DNA from: Pseudomonadota bacterium
Lineage (GTDB): Bacteria; Pseudomonadota; Alphaproteobacteria; Rhizobiales; Xanthobacteraceae
DNA length: 64,000 bases
Assembly: GCA_023435725.1 (NCBI GenBank)
Contig: JAEYRD010000044.1
Coordinates: 37,485 to 101,484 of the forward strand
Direction: 5' to 3'
Of this stretch, positions 11,466-20,710 are shown piece after piece. Under the pieces are notes generated by a model. The model had not been told where the DNA came from, searched no databases, and saw only the letters and a program-made list of their open reading frames with translations. The position numbers and the translations under genes are program-made. Each line of letters begins with the position of its first letter. Within the stretch, counting starts at the first letter, position 1.

Positions 11466-12302
11466 ATGTCATCGCCTGGCATCATCAGCCTCGAACGGGA
11501 CACGCCCGAGCTTGCCCGCACCTACGAGCAGGCCGGCATTCTCCAATTCCACCATGGCAAATTCCTGATCGGTCCCATCGCCTTGAAGCCCGGCGAGCGC
11601 GTTCTGGACATCGGCGCGGGTACGGGCCGGCTCACCGAGTTCGTCGCAAGCCTGGTTGGTCCCGATGGCCGCGTGGTCGGGATCGATTCGCTCGAAAACC
11701 GGATCGCCATCGCGCGACTGCGCGAGACGGCGACGCTGACCTTCGGCGTCGGCCGCGCCGAGGATCTGGCTCGGTTTGCATCCGGCGAATTCGATGTCGT
11801 CTACCTCAACAGCGTCTTCCACTGGATCGCGGACAAGCAGCAGGCACTGCGTGAGATTCACCGCGTCCTGAAGCCCGGCGGCAGACTCGGCCTGAACGTT
11901 CAGGACCCGTCGAAGCCGCACCAGTCGCGCGCGCTGCTTCGCGAAGCGATCGAGCTCGCCGGCTTCACTGAGCGAAGCGGGGAATCGTTCCGTGTGCTGG
12001 GCGCGACCGACGAGGAACTCAAGGCTCTCTTCACCGGGGCCGGCTTCACCGACTACCGCAGCGACCTGCGCTCGCTCGTCGACCTCCACGACGACATCGA
12101 TTCCATTCTCGGATGGTCCGAGGCCAGCGCATTCGGCAACTTCCTCCAGGGATTCTCCCCCGCGGAAAGGGAAGCGGTCCGGCTGGCCTTTGGAAAGCTG
12201 GTCGAGGCCAGGCGCACGCCGGAAGGGCTGCGCCTGGAGCGATATCTGCGCTTCGCTTTCGCACGAAAGCCTGCGCTGCGCGATACCGCTTCAAGTCCTT
12301 AA
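11466..12302 (+). CDS. Class I SAM-dependent methyltransferase
   Basis: VLDIGAGTG motif I, FDVVYLNSVFHW, IHRVLKPGG. Start MSSPG at 11466. Confidence 0.9.
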   Translation: MSSPGIISLERDTPELARTYEQAGILQFHHGKFLIGPIALKPGERVLDIGAGTGRLTEFVASLVGPDGRVVGIDSLENRIAIARLRETATLTFGVGRAEDLARFASGEFDVVYLNSVFHWIADKQQALREIHRVLKPGGRLGLNVQDPSKPHQSRALLREAIELAGFTERSGESFRVLGATDEELKALFTGAGFTDYRSDLRSLVDLHDDIDSILGWSEASAFGNFLQGFSPAEREAVRLAFGKLVEARRTPEGLRLERYLRFAFARKPALRDTASSP

Positions 12303-12345
12303 TCGCTCAAGCCCACCTCGGCCATCACATCCGGACATTCGCACC

Positions 12346-13689
12346 ATGAGCAACCAACGGCAGCTTGTTCTCAATCTCTTCATCTATCCAGGCGGTCATC
12401 ACGAAGCCGCGTGGCGGTACAAGGGATCGGCGGCGGAGCGTATTCTCGACATCAGCTACTACCAGGAGCTGGCGCAGCGGGCTGAAGCCAGCAAGTTCGA
12501 TGCTATCTTCTTTGCGGACGGCCAGGCACTGGCCGACAACGTCCGCTACGCCCAGCGCTTTCGCTTCGAGCCGATCACCTGGCTCGCGGCCATCGCCGCC
12601 GTCACCAGCCGCATCGGGCTGATCGGCACTGCCTCGACGACCTATACCGAACCGTACAACCTGGCACGCTTGTTCGCCTCGCTCGACCATCTGAGCCGCG
12701 GTCGCGCGGGCTGGAATATCGTCACCACCAGCGCGCCGCAGGCTGCGCAGAACTTTGGCCTGCCCGAACATCCGCCGCATCATGAGCGCTATGAGCGCGC
12801 CCGCGAATATCTCGATGTGATCTCGCGGCTTTGGGACAGCTGGGAGGATGACGCGCTCGTCAACGACCCCGCCTCCGGCATCTTCGCCGACACCAGCAAG
12901 ATCCATACGCTCGACCACGTCGGCAAGCATTTTCGCGTTCGCGGCCCGCTGAACATCTCGCGGACGCCACAGGGCCGGCCCGTCTATGTGCAGGCCGGCG
13001 CTTCCGATGACGGCCGCGCCTTCGCCGCCCGTTATGCGGAGGCGATCTTTACCGCACATCAGACGCTGGACTCGGCGAAGGCGTTTTATGCCGACATCAA
13101 ACGGCAGGCCCGCACCTACGATCGGGGTCCCGACCAGATCAAGATCCTGCCGGGCATCAGCCCCTTCATCGGCAGCACGCAGGCCGAGGCGGACCGCCTC
13201 CAGGACGAGCTTAACGCGCTGATTCAGCCCGAATATTCCCTGACCCAACTGCGCCAGATGATCGGCATCGACCTCACCGGCTACGATCTCGACGGTCCCG
13301 TTCCCCGCCATCTGATCGACACCGCGAGCGCGCGCGGAGTAGCCAGCCGCTTCAAGCTCGTGGTCGACATCATCGATCGCGAGAAGCCGACCATCCGCCA
13401 GCTGGTGCAGCGCCTTGCCGGCGCCCGCGGCCATTGGGTGATCGCCGGAACGCCCGAGAAGATCGCGGACAACATCCAGACCTGGTTCGAGAACGGTGCC
13501 GCCGACGGCTTCAACGTGATGCCGCCGTGGCTGCCCGGCGGCTTCGATGTTTTCGCCGAGCAGGTCGTCCCGATCCTGCGCAAGCGCGGCCTGTTCCGCG
13601 AGGACTACACCGGCACAACACTGCGTGACCATTACGGCCTCGCACGGCCGCCGAGCGTCTACTCCAACGTGGTCAAGGCTATCGCCTGA
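12346..13689 (+). CDS. LLM-class FMN-dependent monooxygenase, NtaA/DmoA family (paralog of 927..2267)
   Basis: KFDAIFFADG, TASTTYTEPYNLAR, GWNIVTT, RTPQGRP, DYTGTTLRDHYGL. Confidence 0.92.
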   Translation: MSNQRQLVLNLFIYPGGHHEAAWRYKGSAAERILDISYYQELAQRAEASKFDAIFFADGQALADNVRYAQRFRFEPITWLAAIAAVTSRIGLIGTASTTYTEPYNLARLFASLDHLSRGRAGWNIVTTSAPQAAQNFGLPEHPPHHERYERAREYLDVISRLWDSWEDDALVNDPASGIFADTSKIHTLDHVGKHFRVRGPLNISRTPQGRPVYVQAGASDDGRAFAARYAEAIFTAHQTLDSAKAFYADIKRQARTYDRGPDQIKILPGISPFIGSTQAEADRLQDELNALIQPEYSLTQLRQMIGIDLTGYDLDGPVPRHLIDTASARGVASRFKLVVDIIDREKPTIRQLVQRLAGARGHWVIAGTPEKIADNIQTWFENGAADGFNVMPPWLPGGFDVFAEQVVPILRKRGLFREDYTGTTLRDHYGLARPPSVYSNVVKAIA

Positions 13690-13733
13690 TAGCGCATCCA
13701 CAATCATATCGAAACTCAAGCTCAGTAAGTGAC

Positions 13734-14549
13734 ATGAAGACAGCGTTGTTTCTCCTCTCCAGCCTTTTGGCTCTTTCCCCGTTCGCCGCCGGAAATGCCG
13801 CAGCACAGCAACCCGCGAAGCCGGAGCTGCGGGTCGGTTTCGTGCCGGGGCCGTACATCGACGAGTTCAAGATCGGCGTCGAGCCCGAGCTGAAGAAGAA
13901 GGGCTACAAGATCCGCTACGTCGAGTTCTCGACGGGGCTTGAGGCCAACAACGCGGTGTTCAAGTCCGAGATCGATGCCAATGTGATGCAGCACACGATC
14001 TTCCTCGACTCCTACAACGAGCGGCAGAAGACCGATCTCGTCGGCATCGTGCACGTCCCGACGCCACCGATGGGCCTCTATTCGAAGAAGCATCCGCTGG
14101 GCACGCCGATCAAGCCGGGTTCGAACATCGCGGTGCCGAACGATCCCGTCAACCTGCAGCGCGCGCTGTGGGTGCTTCGCGACCTCGGCCTGATCGAGAT
14201 CCGCGACAGCAAGCCGGTGGACGTCACCGAGCTCGATGTCATCAAGAACCCCGGGGGCATCAAGCTAGTCCCGCTCGAAGCCGCGCAGGCGCCGCGGGCG
14301 CTCGACGACGTCGACTTCGCCGCCATCCAGGGCAATTTCGCGATCTTCAGCGGGCTGAAGCTGACGAATGCCTTCGCGCTGGAGAAGATGACGACGCCCT
14401 ACATCAACGTGCTCGCCGTGAAGAAGGCCAACGCCAACACCGAATGGGCGCAGGATATCGTCGCCGGCTACAAGTCGCCCGCGTTCAAGACCGCGATCCA
14501 GGCCGACCGCTTCTACGACGGGTTCACCTTGCCTGATTACATGAAGTGA
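13734..14549 (+). CDS. MetQ/NlpA-family ABC substrate-binding protein
   Basis: Signal peptide, IDANVMQH, GLYSKK, IAVPNDPVN, RALDDVD. Confidence 0.9.
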   Translation: MKTALFLLSSLLALSPFAAGNAAAQQPAKPELRVGFVPGPYIDEFKIGVEPELKKKGYKIRYVEFSTGLEANNAVFKSEIDANVMQHTIFLDSYNERQKTDLVGIVHVPTPPMGLYSKKHPLGTPIKPGSNIAVPNDPVNLQRALWVLRDLGLIEIRDSKPVDVTELDVIKNPGGIKLVPLEAAQAPRALDDVDFAAIQGNFAIFSGLKLTNAFALEKMTTPYINVLAVKKANANTEWAQDIVAGYKSPAFKTAIQADRFYDGFTLPDYMK

Positions 14550-14558
14550 GCGGAGCAC

Positions 14559-14885
14559 ATGTTCGAATTCACACTCGAATGGGCCAGCCGCCGCTCCGTT
14601 CCCGAGCGCGCGATCGACGCGCGCGCGGTAACTGATCGGATCCGCGTCCGCGAAGCCTTCGTCTTCCCGCTGGTCCTGCTGATCACCTTCCTGTTCGCGC
14701 TCGGCATCATGACGGGCACGCATCTGCATGGGCAAGCCGATCGGGCTTTTCCGTATGTCGTGTCCGCAGGCATGGGCATGCCCATGCCTTACGCAGCCTC
14801 GGATTCGTGTCGCAGGCCATCGAACCTCGGTTCCGCGCCGCAGTTGCGACACACCGACGTGCTCGCGCTGCTGACCGCTGACTAA
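14559..14885 (+). CDS. Small membrane-anchored hypothetical protein
   Basis: GGAG RBS, 9 nt after the metQ-like stop, one hydrophobic segment (FVFPLVLLITFLFALGIM). 3' end uncertain. Confidence 0.5.
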   Translation: MFEFTLEWASRRSVPERAIDARAVTDRIRVREAFVFPLVLLITFLFALGIMTGTHLHGQADRAFPYVVSAGMGMPMPYAASDSCRRPSNLGSAPQLRHTDVLALLTAD

Positions 14886-15099
14886 CGGCACCGCTGCGCC
14901 TTTTGAGCTTCATGGCCCGGCAAGCGACATCAAAATCATCCCTCGCGACCACTCGCGATGGAATTTCCTGCCCGTGTGCGCGATGGCCTCAGCACGATTC
15001 AACCAAACTGATCCCAGCGAGGGTGTCGCAATGTTCAACGCCGTCCCGATCGTGATAGCTTCGCATCGTTCTCGCCCTACACCGTTGTCCGGAGTGAAC

Positions 15100-15252
15100 A
15101 TGCGCTACGTCATCTCGCTGCATTCAGGCTTCGCTCGTTTGATCGAACAGGCACGCGGATGGTTCCAGCAATCGCTGCGGCCGCGGACTGGCGGCCCGGA
15201 CAACACGCAGGACGATCTCTACGAGATCTTCCTGTTCGGGCCTCACGGCTGA
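15100..15252 (+). CDS. 50-aa hypothetical protein upstream of the Lrp regulator
   Basis: GGAG RBS at 15091, ATG 15100, MRYVISLHSG...DDLYEIFLFGPHG. Confidence 0.5.
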   Translation: MRYVISLHSGFARLIEQARGWFQQSLRPRTGGPDNTQDDLYEIFLFGPHG

Positions 15253-15298
15253 CGCCAGGCAAGAGCGTCCGACTTTCCATCAAATTGAGGTTTCCGAC

Positions 15299-15808
15299 AT
15301 GACCGACGCTGCCCTGCAGCTCGCCGATAGCGGCCGTCGCCTTGACGCCATTGACCGCAAGATCCTGACGGTTCTCCAGCAAGACGCTTCGCTCTCGGTC
15401 GCGGAAATCGGGGACCGGGTCGGCTTGTCCTCGACGCCGTGCTGGAAGCGCATCCAGAGGCTCGAGGCCGACGGCGTGATCCTGAGACGGGTTGCACTGG
15501 TCGATCAGAACAAGATCGGGCTTGGCCTTTCGGTGTTCGTCTCCGTGGAAAGCGCCGACCACTCGGATGCCTGGCTGAAGCGCTTCGCCGAAGCGGTCAG
15601 GGCCATGCCCGAGGTGATGGAATTCTACCGGATGGCCGGCGATGTCGACTACATGCTGCGCGTCGTCGTTCCGGACATGCAGAGCTACGACGTGTTCTAC
15701 AAGAAGCTGATCCACGCCGTTCCGCTCAAGAACGTCACCTCGCGCTTTGCGATGGAAAAGATCAAGTCGATTACGGCTCTGCCAGTCCCAACTGTCCCTG
15801 CTGATTAA
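15299..15808 (+). CDS. Lrp/AsnC-family transcriptional regulator (DecR-like)
   Basis: LDAIDRKIL, VGLSSTPCWKRIQRLE, EFYRMAGDVDYMLRV. Confidence 0.93.
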   Translation: MTDAALQLADSGRRLDAIDRKILTVLQQDASLSVAEIGDRVGLSSTPCWKRIQRLEADGVILRRVALVDQNKIGLGLSVFVSVESADHSDAWLKRFAEAVRAMPEVMEFYRMAGDVDYMLRVVVPDMQSYDVFYKKLIHAVPLKNVTSRFAMEKIKSITALPVPTVPAD

Positions 15809-15999
15809 CCCTCCGTCCGCGAAGTTGGCAGTCTTCAATAAGACCGCAGATGGGACCACTTCGCCAATCGCTGCATGCGAGGCACCTTGGCCTTGCGGGC
15901 AGCTGGGGGGCGGCGGCGAGCTTAGGCCTGCGCTGGTCGTCATCCTTACCGGACTGCACCTCGGTGAAGTGCGGATATATGCGATTGCGGTTTGACGCC

Positions 16000-16659
16000 T
16001 CACGTCATGATGAAGCTGAAATGCCGAGTGCCGTGCTCTCGCGGGTCTGGGCCCTGCTCGCTTAGGCGGTATCCCTCATGCGCCGCAACGAACGCATTCT
16101 CCGCAATCCAATGCCTGGCGTATTTGACCAGCTTTTCGCTTCCCGTCGTCAGCTCGCCTGGTCCGTTGTGACTAAGAAACGATGTCTGCGTTTCCGTCTT
16201 GGCGGATCCGTCGCTGACCGGTACCCGATACCAAACCATCCTGGCAGGCCGCGCAGCGCAAAGTGCCCTCACGGTTGCGAGCGCATCCTCAACGTATTGG
16301 ATCGCTCCGTTCGAATGCATCAGGTCGATACTTCCAAGCCAGTCGGCCGCCTTCTCGATCTCGCTGAAGAACATCAAACGATTCGTCGCCAACTTGCTGG
16401 CTCGACGTACCATCGCCGGCGTCTCGACAACCGCCCAGCGAATATCCGGCGATTGTTGCCGAGCGAGCTTGTAATGAATTCCTGCGCCGCCGCCGAAGTC
16501 GAGGACCGTCCGTACATTTTGGACGAGCGGCCAATCGCCCTCCGCCTGGAAAGCGACAGTCTTGCGATAAATCGTCTCGACCAGTTCTTCGTTTTCGTAG
16601 CCTTCAATCACTTCGCGAGGAGGGAAGAGCTTCCGACGCAGCCGCTGAATTAAACTCAT
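16000..16659 (-). CDS. Putative methyltransferase-like protein
   Basis: VLDFGGGAGIHY, WAVVET, SNGAIQY. Start uncertain (16659 or 16671). Confidence 0.65.
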   Translation of the reverse strand: MSLIQRLRRKLFPPREVIEGYENEELVETIYRKTVAFQAEGDWPLVQNVRTVLDFGGGAGIHYKLARQQSPDIRWAVVETPAMVRRASKLATNRLMFFSEIEKAADWLGSIDLMHSNGAIQYVEDALATVRALCAARPARMVWYRVPVSDGSAKTETQTSFLSHNGPGELTTGSEKLVKYARHWIAENAFVAAHEGYRLSEQGPDPREHGTRHFSFIMT

Positions 16660-16968
16660 CCGCGGATTCATTCCGATGTTTCTGGTTGCACCACGAGTCG
16701 ACACAATCAGAAACATTTGGAAAAATCCAGAAACAAATTTAAAGGTGAACGAAGGCTCAAGCGGCGCAACGTTGTGACGCGCGCTCTTGCGGGGCATATC
16801 TGCAGCGGCAGATGACGTTGGTGTCCCTTCGCGAAGGCGGCCCGTCCTGGATGCGGCTGCCTTGGGCGCGGAGCGAGCTCGCGGGATCAACTCACGAAGA
16901 TATTCAATCTTTCTTCAGACATTTGGGATCACCTGACGCCCCATTCTCAAAGTCATTGCTGTGCGCGC

Positions 16969-17253
16969 ATGAGTTTCGTCCAGATCCAGTGCACGCGGTG
17001 CAAGGGCGTGTTTCGCGATCGCGCCGGGCGATTACAGGATGGCTATTCCCGACAATGTCCGAGCTGCGAAGTGGTGCTGTTCTTCGCCGAGGACTCGCAG
17101 CACCCCTTCATCAAGCGCGCGATGCGCAATGCGCGAAGGGTGCGCAAGGAGCTGCACGAGGCAGAAGCGGCGAGGCTCCTGACGCCGGACGCTCCGGCTG
17201 CACCATCGAGATCGTTCGAAGGTCGCAGGCGCACGGCTGCCCGATCGGAATAG
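16969..17253 (+). CDS. Small zinc-ribbon hypothetical protein
   Basis: CTRC and CPSC pairs, good codon usage. Confidence 0.7.
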   Translation: MSFVQIQCTRCKGVFRDRAGRLQDGYSRQCPSCEVVLFFAEDSQHPFIKRAMRNARRVRKELHEAEAARLLTPDAPAAPSRSFEGRRRTAARSE

Positions 17254-17265
17254 CGGCTCGACACG

Positions 17266-17330
17266 AAAAACCCCAGCGCGATGATGCGGCACTGGGGTGT
17301 TTCGCTCAAAATATGAATTGTTCAAGCAAT
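17266..17330 (-). ncRNA. Candidate ~65-nt small RNA
   Basis: The terminator CCCCAG...CTGGGG-UUUUU is oriented on the minus strand and preceded by a short hairpin. A CRP-type box is centred about 41.5 nt upstream. Confidence 0.45.
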
Positions 17331-17362
17331 GGCGGATTCATAGCAGTGAATTGTGCGATTGC

Positions 17363-17380
17363 ATGTGAACTAGTTCACAT
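17363..17380. promoter_or_regulatory. Perfect CRP-type palindrome ATGTGAACTAGTTCACAT
   Basis: 18-bp perfect inverted repeat matching TGTGA-N6-TCACA in an AT-rich intergenic region. Confidence 0.7.
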
Positions 17381-17483
17381 ATCTTGGGGCAAGCGAACGA
17401 TTCTGGCCGGCAGCGGGAATATCGTTGGCCTGTTTGAGCATTCGGATTCCTCGCGCTAGGATAGGCCTTTTACGGAGGCATAT

Positions 17484-17723
17484 TTGAAGAAGGTCATTTG
17501 CATCGCGGCCATTGCATTGTTTGCTACAGCCTCCGCACGGTCACAGGCGCTGGTTGATCCCAACAAGGTCGCCCCCGAATACCGGGAAGCCGCTGAAAAG
17601 CGCCGGGCCGAGCAGCTGCGCCAGCGCGAATGCGCCCTGAAGGCGGATTTGGACAGGGTGCTCCCCAGAGATCGCACCGACTACCTCAACCAATGCCTGG
17701 CCGCGCTTGCAGCCAGACAGTAA
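17484..17723 (+). CDS. Small secreted hypothetical protein
   Basis: GGAGG RBS, TTG start, signal peptide MKKVICIAAIALFATASARS, two Cys in the mature part. Confidence 0.75.
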   Translation: MKKVICIAAIALFATASARSQALVDPNKVAPEYREAAEKRRAEQLRQRECALKADLDRVLPRDRTDYLNQCLAALAARQ

Positions 17724-17857
17724 AGCGCGATGGGATCAGGATGGATCGTCATCGCGCTTCAGGGAAAACCGCTGCACACTTTGCGCTCACGCGGCCCTTC
17801 GGGTCCGGATCATGCTCTATCGGCTGAACGAGCTGATCGACGATCAAACCTGATCTT

Positions 17858-18253
17858 TCACGACTTGCGCCGTGGCTTCCTCGGGAACAGGCGATCGCGG
17901 ATGTAGCGCGAGGTCGCGGTCAGACGGATGCCGCGCGGCTTCTGCCACGAGGCGCGGTCGATCTCGTTCTTGTCGCCGATCGCGAGCCTGCCCTTGGCGT
18001 ATTTCGCGATGAAGATCGCGTCACTCATCTTGCGGCCTGAGCGCTTGTTCCTGGCCTTCACTTCCTTCCACAGGCTGATCCGGCCAAGCTTCAGCTTGGG
18101 CAGTTCCTCCTTGATCTCCCGCCGCAGGCAGTCCTTGTCGGACTCGCGCGCGCGCTTGCGGCCGCCCGGGAACATCCACAGGCCGTCCGATCGCCGTCTC
18201 ACCAACAATACCTTGCCGCGCCTGGCTGCAACCAGCTTGGAAGACTTCGCCAT
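17858..18253 (-). CDS. NUDIX hydrolase
   Basis: WMFPGGRKRARESDKDCLRREIKEEL Nudix box. Confidence 0.85.
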   Translation of the reverse strand: MAKSSKLVAARRGKVLLVRRRSDGLWMFPGGRKRARESDKDCLRREIKEELPKLKLGRISLWKEVKARNKRSGRKMSDAIFIAKYAKGRLAIGDKNEIDRASWQKPRGIRLTATSRYIRDRLFPRKPRRKS

Positions 18254-18351
18254 TACCTTCGTAGGCTCGAAAACAGAATCTAGCTTATCGTAACTTGTCT
18301 AGCTGAATAGACAAGTTCCCGCGGAGCCCAGATCACAACCTGCAGGGGAGC

Positions 18352-19431
18352 TCAGCTCTCCCCCGCCTCCGCCCGATCCTCCGTCCTGATCCAGGCCATC
18401 ATCATCTCCCAGGCCACCGACAGGATGATCGGCCCGATGAACAGGCCGACGATGCCGTGGGCGAGCGTGCCGCCGATCACGCCGACGAAGATCACGATGG
18501 TCGGCGTCGTGAGGCCGCGCCCCATCACGAGCGGCTTCAACATGGTATCGATGAAGCCGACGAGAACGAGGAACACGGTGAGCAGCAGCGCCGTGGTGAC
18601 GTCCTTGGCGGTCCAGATCCAGATGATCACCGGCAGCAGCACGAGGAAAGCGCCGATCTGAATGATCGAGAGCAGCAGCACGATGAAGGCGAGCAGGCCG
18701 GCACTCGGCACGGCGGCGAGCTTGAACCCTATGCCGGCCAGCAGTGCCTGCACGATCGCGACGCCGATCACGCCTTGTGCCACAGCACGAATTGTCGCCC
18801 CCGCGAGCGACAGAAAATGCTCGCTCTGCTCGGGCACGATGCGAAACAAGAAGCTGCGGCCGGCCGCAACCAGCCTTGGCCCATGCGGAAACAGGAAGCC
18901 GGCCACGAACACCGAGACCAGGAACTGGAGCGTCCCGACACCAGCGTCGCCCGCGAGCGACAACAGCGGTCCCGCCAGCGGCTGGAGATAAGGCGCCACC
19001 TCGCGCAGCACCGCGCGGATGTTGTTGTAGGCCTGGTCCCACAGCTCAAAAAGCCACGGGCCGACGACCGGCCACGATTTGAGCTGCTCCGGCGCAGACT
19101 GAAGCGCGAGATCGCCGGTGCTGAGCTGGTGTGCCAGTTCGCGCACGCCATCGACGGCACTGATGCCGAGCCAGGTCGCCGGACCAATGACGATCCCAAG
19201 CGTGACCAGGGTAAGGATCGCCGCCGCGGTCTTCGGCCGGCCGCCGAGGGCTTTGGCGACCCAGCTGAAGGCCGGGTAGAACGCGACCGCGAGCACACCG
19301 CTCCAGGCCAGGATCGGCACGAACGGGCGGATGATCAGCAAGCTCCAGATGATCAGCAGGGCGAGCAGACCGAGCCGGATCACGAGCTGGATGATGTCCT
19401 CGCCTGTCAGCAGCTGACGGAGGCTTTTCAC
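18352..19431 (-). CDS. AI-2E family transporter
   Basis: Multi-TM protein, IDTMLKPLVMGRG, HGIVGLFIGPIIL. GTG start at 19431 or 19437. Confidence 0.9.
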   Translation of the reverse strand: MKSLRQLLTGEDIIQLVIRLGLLALLIIWSLLIIRPFVPILAWSGVLAVAFYPAFSWVAKALGGRPKTAAAILTLVTLGIVIGPATWLGISAVDGVRELAHQLSTGDLALQSAPEQLKSWPVVGPWLFELWDQAYNNIRAVLREVAPYLQPLAGPLLSLAGDAGVGTLQFLVSVFVAGFLFPHGPRLVAAGRSFLFRIVPEQSEHFLSLAGATIRAVAQGVIGVAIVQALLAGIGFKLAAVPSAGLLAFIVLLLSIIQIGAFLVLLPVIIWIWTAKDVTTALLLTVFLVLVGFIDTMLKPLVMGRGLTTPTIVIFVGVIGGTLAHGIVGLFIGPIILSVAWEMMMAWIRTEDRAEAGES

Positions 19432-19803
19432 GGGCACGACCTTCCTTGCGGCATCGACGCGGGTTCCGGCACTTGCACGGCCCAGCGTTATTGCCAGCCC
19501 CGCCCCCGCCGTCAAGACGAGCGGGCCTTGCGCCCGCCCCCTCGCCCACGGTGTGCAGGCCATCGAGATCGGGAACGCATCGGGGCCGAAGATGTGGGTG
19601 ACCGGACTGGCGACTGATCCTGCGGCGACGCCGGCGCGGCCCGGACTGACAGGCTCCGCTCTCGCACTTGCCCGCCCCCGGAACCGGGTTTGGCTAACAT
19701 CCGTTAACCGGATTTCCCTGGGCCGGTTTACGCGGCTGCAAATTCCCCCTTCTACGCTTGTCGCCAAGTCCCCGAGACCAGTCTTCAAGAACACTTGAGT
19801 GCA

Positions 19804-20031
19804 ATGGCCAACAGCATCTGGACGACCGAAGAATTCACCTGCGCGGGTTGTGGCATGAACTACACCGCGACCAGGGAAGAGCACAGCGAAGCGCACTCCG
19901 GCAGCTTCAAGTGCAGCATCTGCAGCGGCATGGTGCACACCTGGTCCGGCAAGCATCACTTCTTCGGCTGGCAAGCGGTGAAGACGAAGCCGCCCATATT
20001 CGGCCGCCGCTGGGCCGGTGTGCAGTGGTAG
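19804..20031 (+). CDS. Small zinc-finger hypothetical protein
   Basis: CAGC and CSIC pairs, 75 aa, good codon usage. Confidence 0.7.
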   Translation: MANSIWTTEEFTCAGCGMNYTATREEHSEAHSGSFKCSICSGMVHTWSGKHHFFGWQAVKTKPPIFGRRWAGVQW

Positions 20032-20124
20032 GTTGAGCGGAGCCGCATCAGGTACGAATTGCCAGCGTACAGCGTGGCTGCACGTGTCCGCGCCGGACTC
20101 TCGCACCGCCGTGCATGAGTCCGG

Positions 20125-20469
20125 TCATCGCAGCCTGCTTTTGGCATACCCCACCAGTTCAGCGTGACCTTCGAGAGCCGCGTCGTAGTCGCTGTAGCGC
20201 CGACGCGGCTCCAAATCGTCCGGGCCGCCGGAGATGGTCGTTTCAAACAATAGCGGCGCTTGATCCATGCTGCTGCGGGAAGCACCGTGGTCCGAGCTCT
20301 GGAATACGGTCAAGACCAGCATCGGTCCCACCTGGTCGAACCCGAGCCGTATCTGCTCGGGATTGGCTTCCATCCAGGCGAGCGCGGTATTCTGCGCTTC
20401 CAGATCATTGCCAACATAGACTGGTGTCTTGCCGTCCAAAACGTAGAAGCCGAACGGAAAGATGATCAT
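20125..20469 (-). CDS. Hypothetical protein
   Basis: GAGG RBS, globular-looking 114 aa (PLLFETTISGG, RRRYSDYDAALEGH). Confidence 0.6.
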   Translation of the reverse strand: MIIFPFGFYVLDGKTPVYVGNDLEAQNTALAWMEANPEQIRLGFDQVGPMLVLTVFQSSDHGASRSSMDQAPLLFETTISGGPDDLEPRRRYSDYDAALEGHAELVGYAKSRLR

Positions 20470-20710
20470 GGCGACCTCGTTGGCATTTGCGTTAGGCCGC
20501 TATCTCGGATCTTTCCATGCGCTTGGATGCCGCAGCTTTGGGATGAGCGCAACCAACCCGCCGCGCCACATGAATGCAAAGGACGAGGTCCCCGACAAGC
20601 CGTCACTCGTCGAGACGCGCGTTCGGCGCCCCCGGGATGAGGAAGTCGTGCTTCTGCTGCGCGGCGACACCCGCTACACTCCCCTTCCCCGCAACTGAAG
20701 CCGACACGCA

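Noticed and set aside
19690..19710. CTAA-CATCCG-TTAAC as a CtrA box
   Set aside because: Spacing is 6 rather than 7 nt and the first half-site is imperfect.
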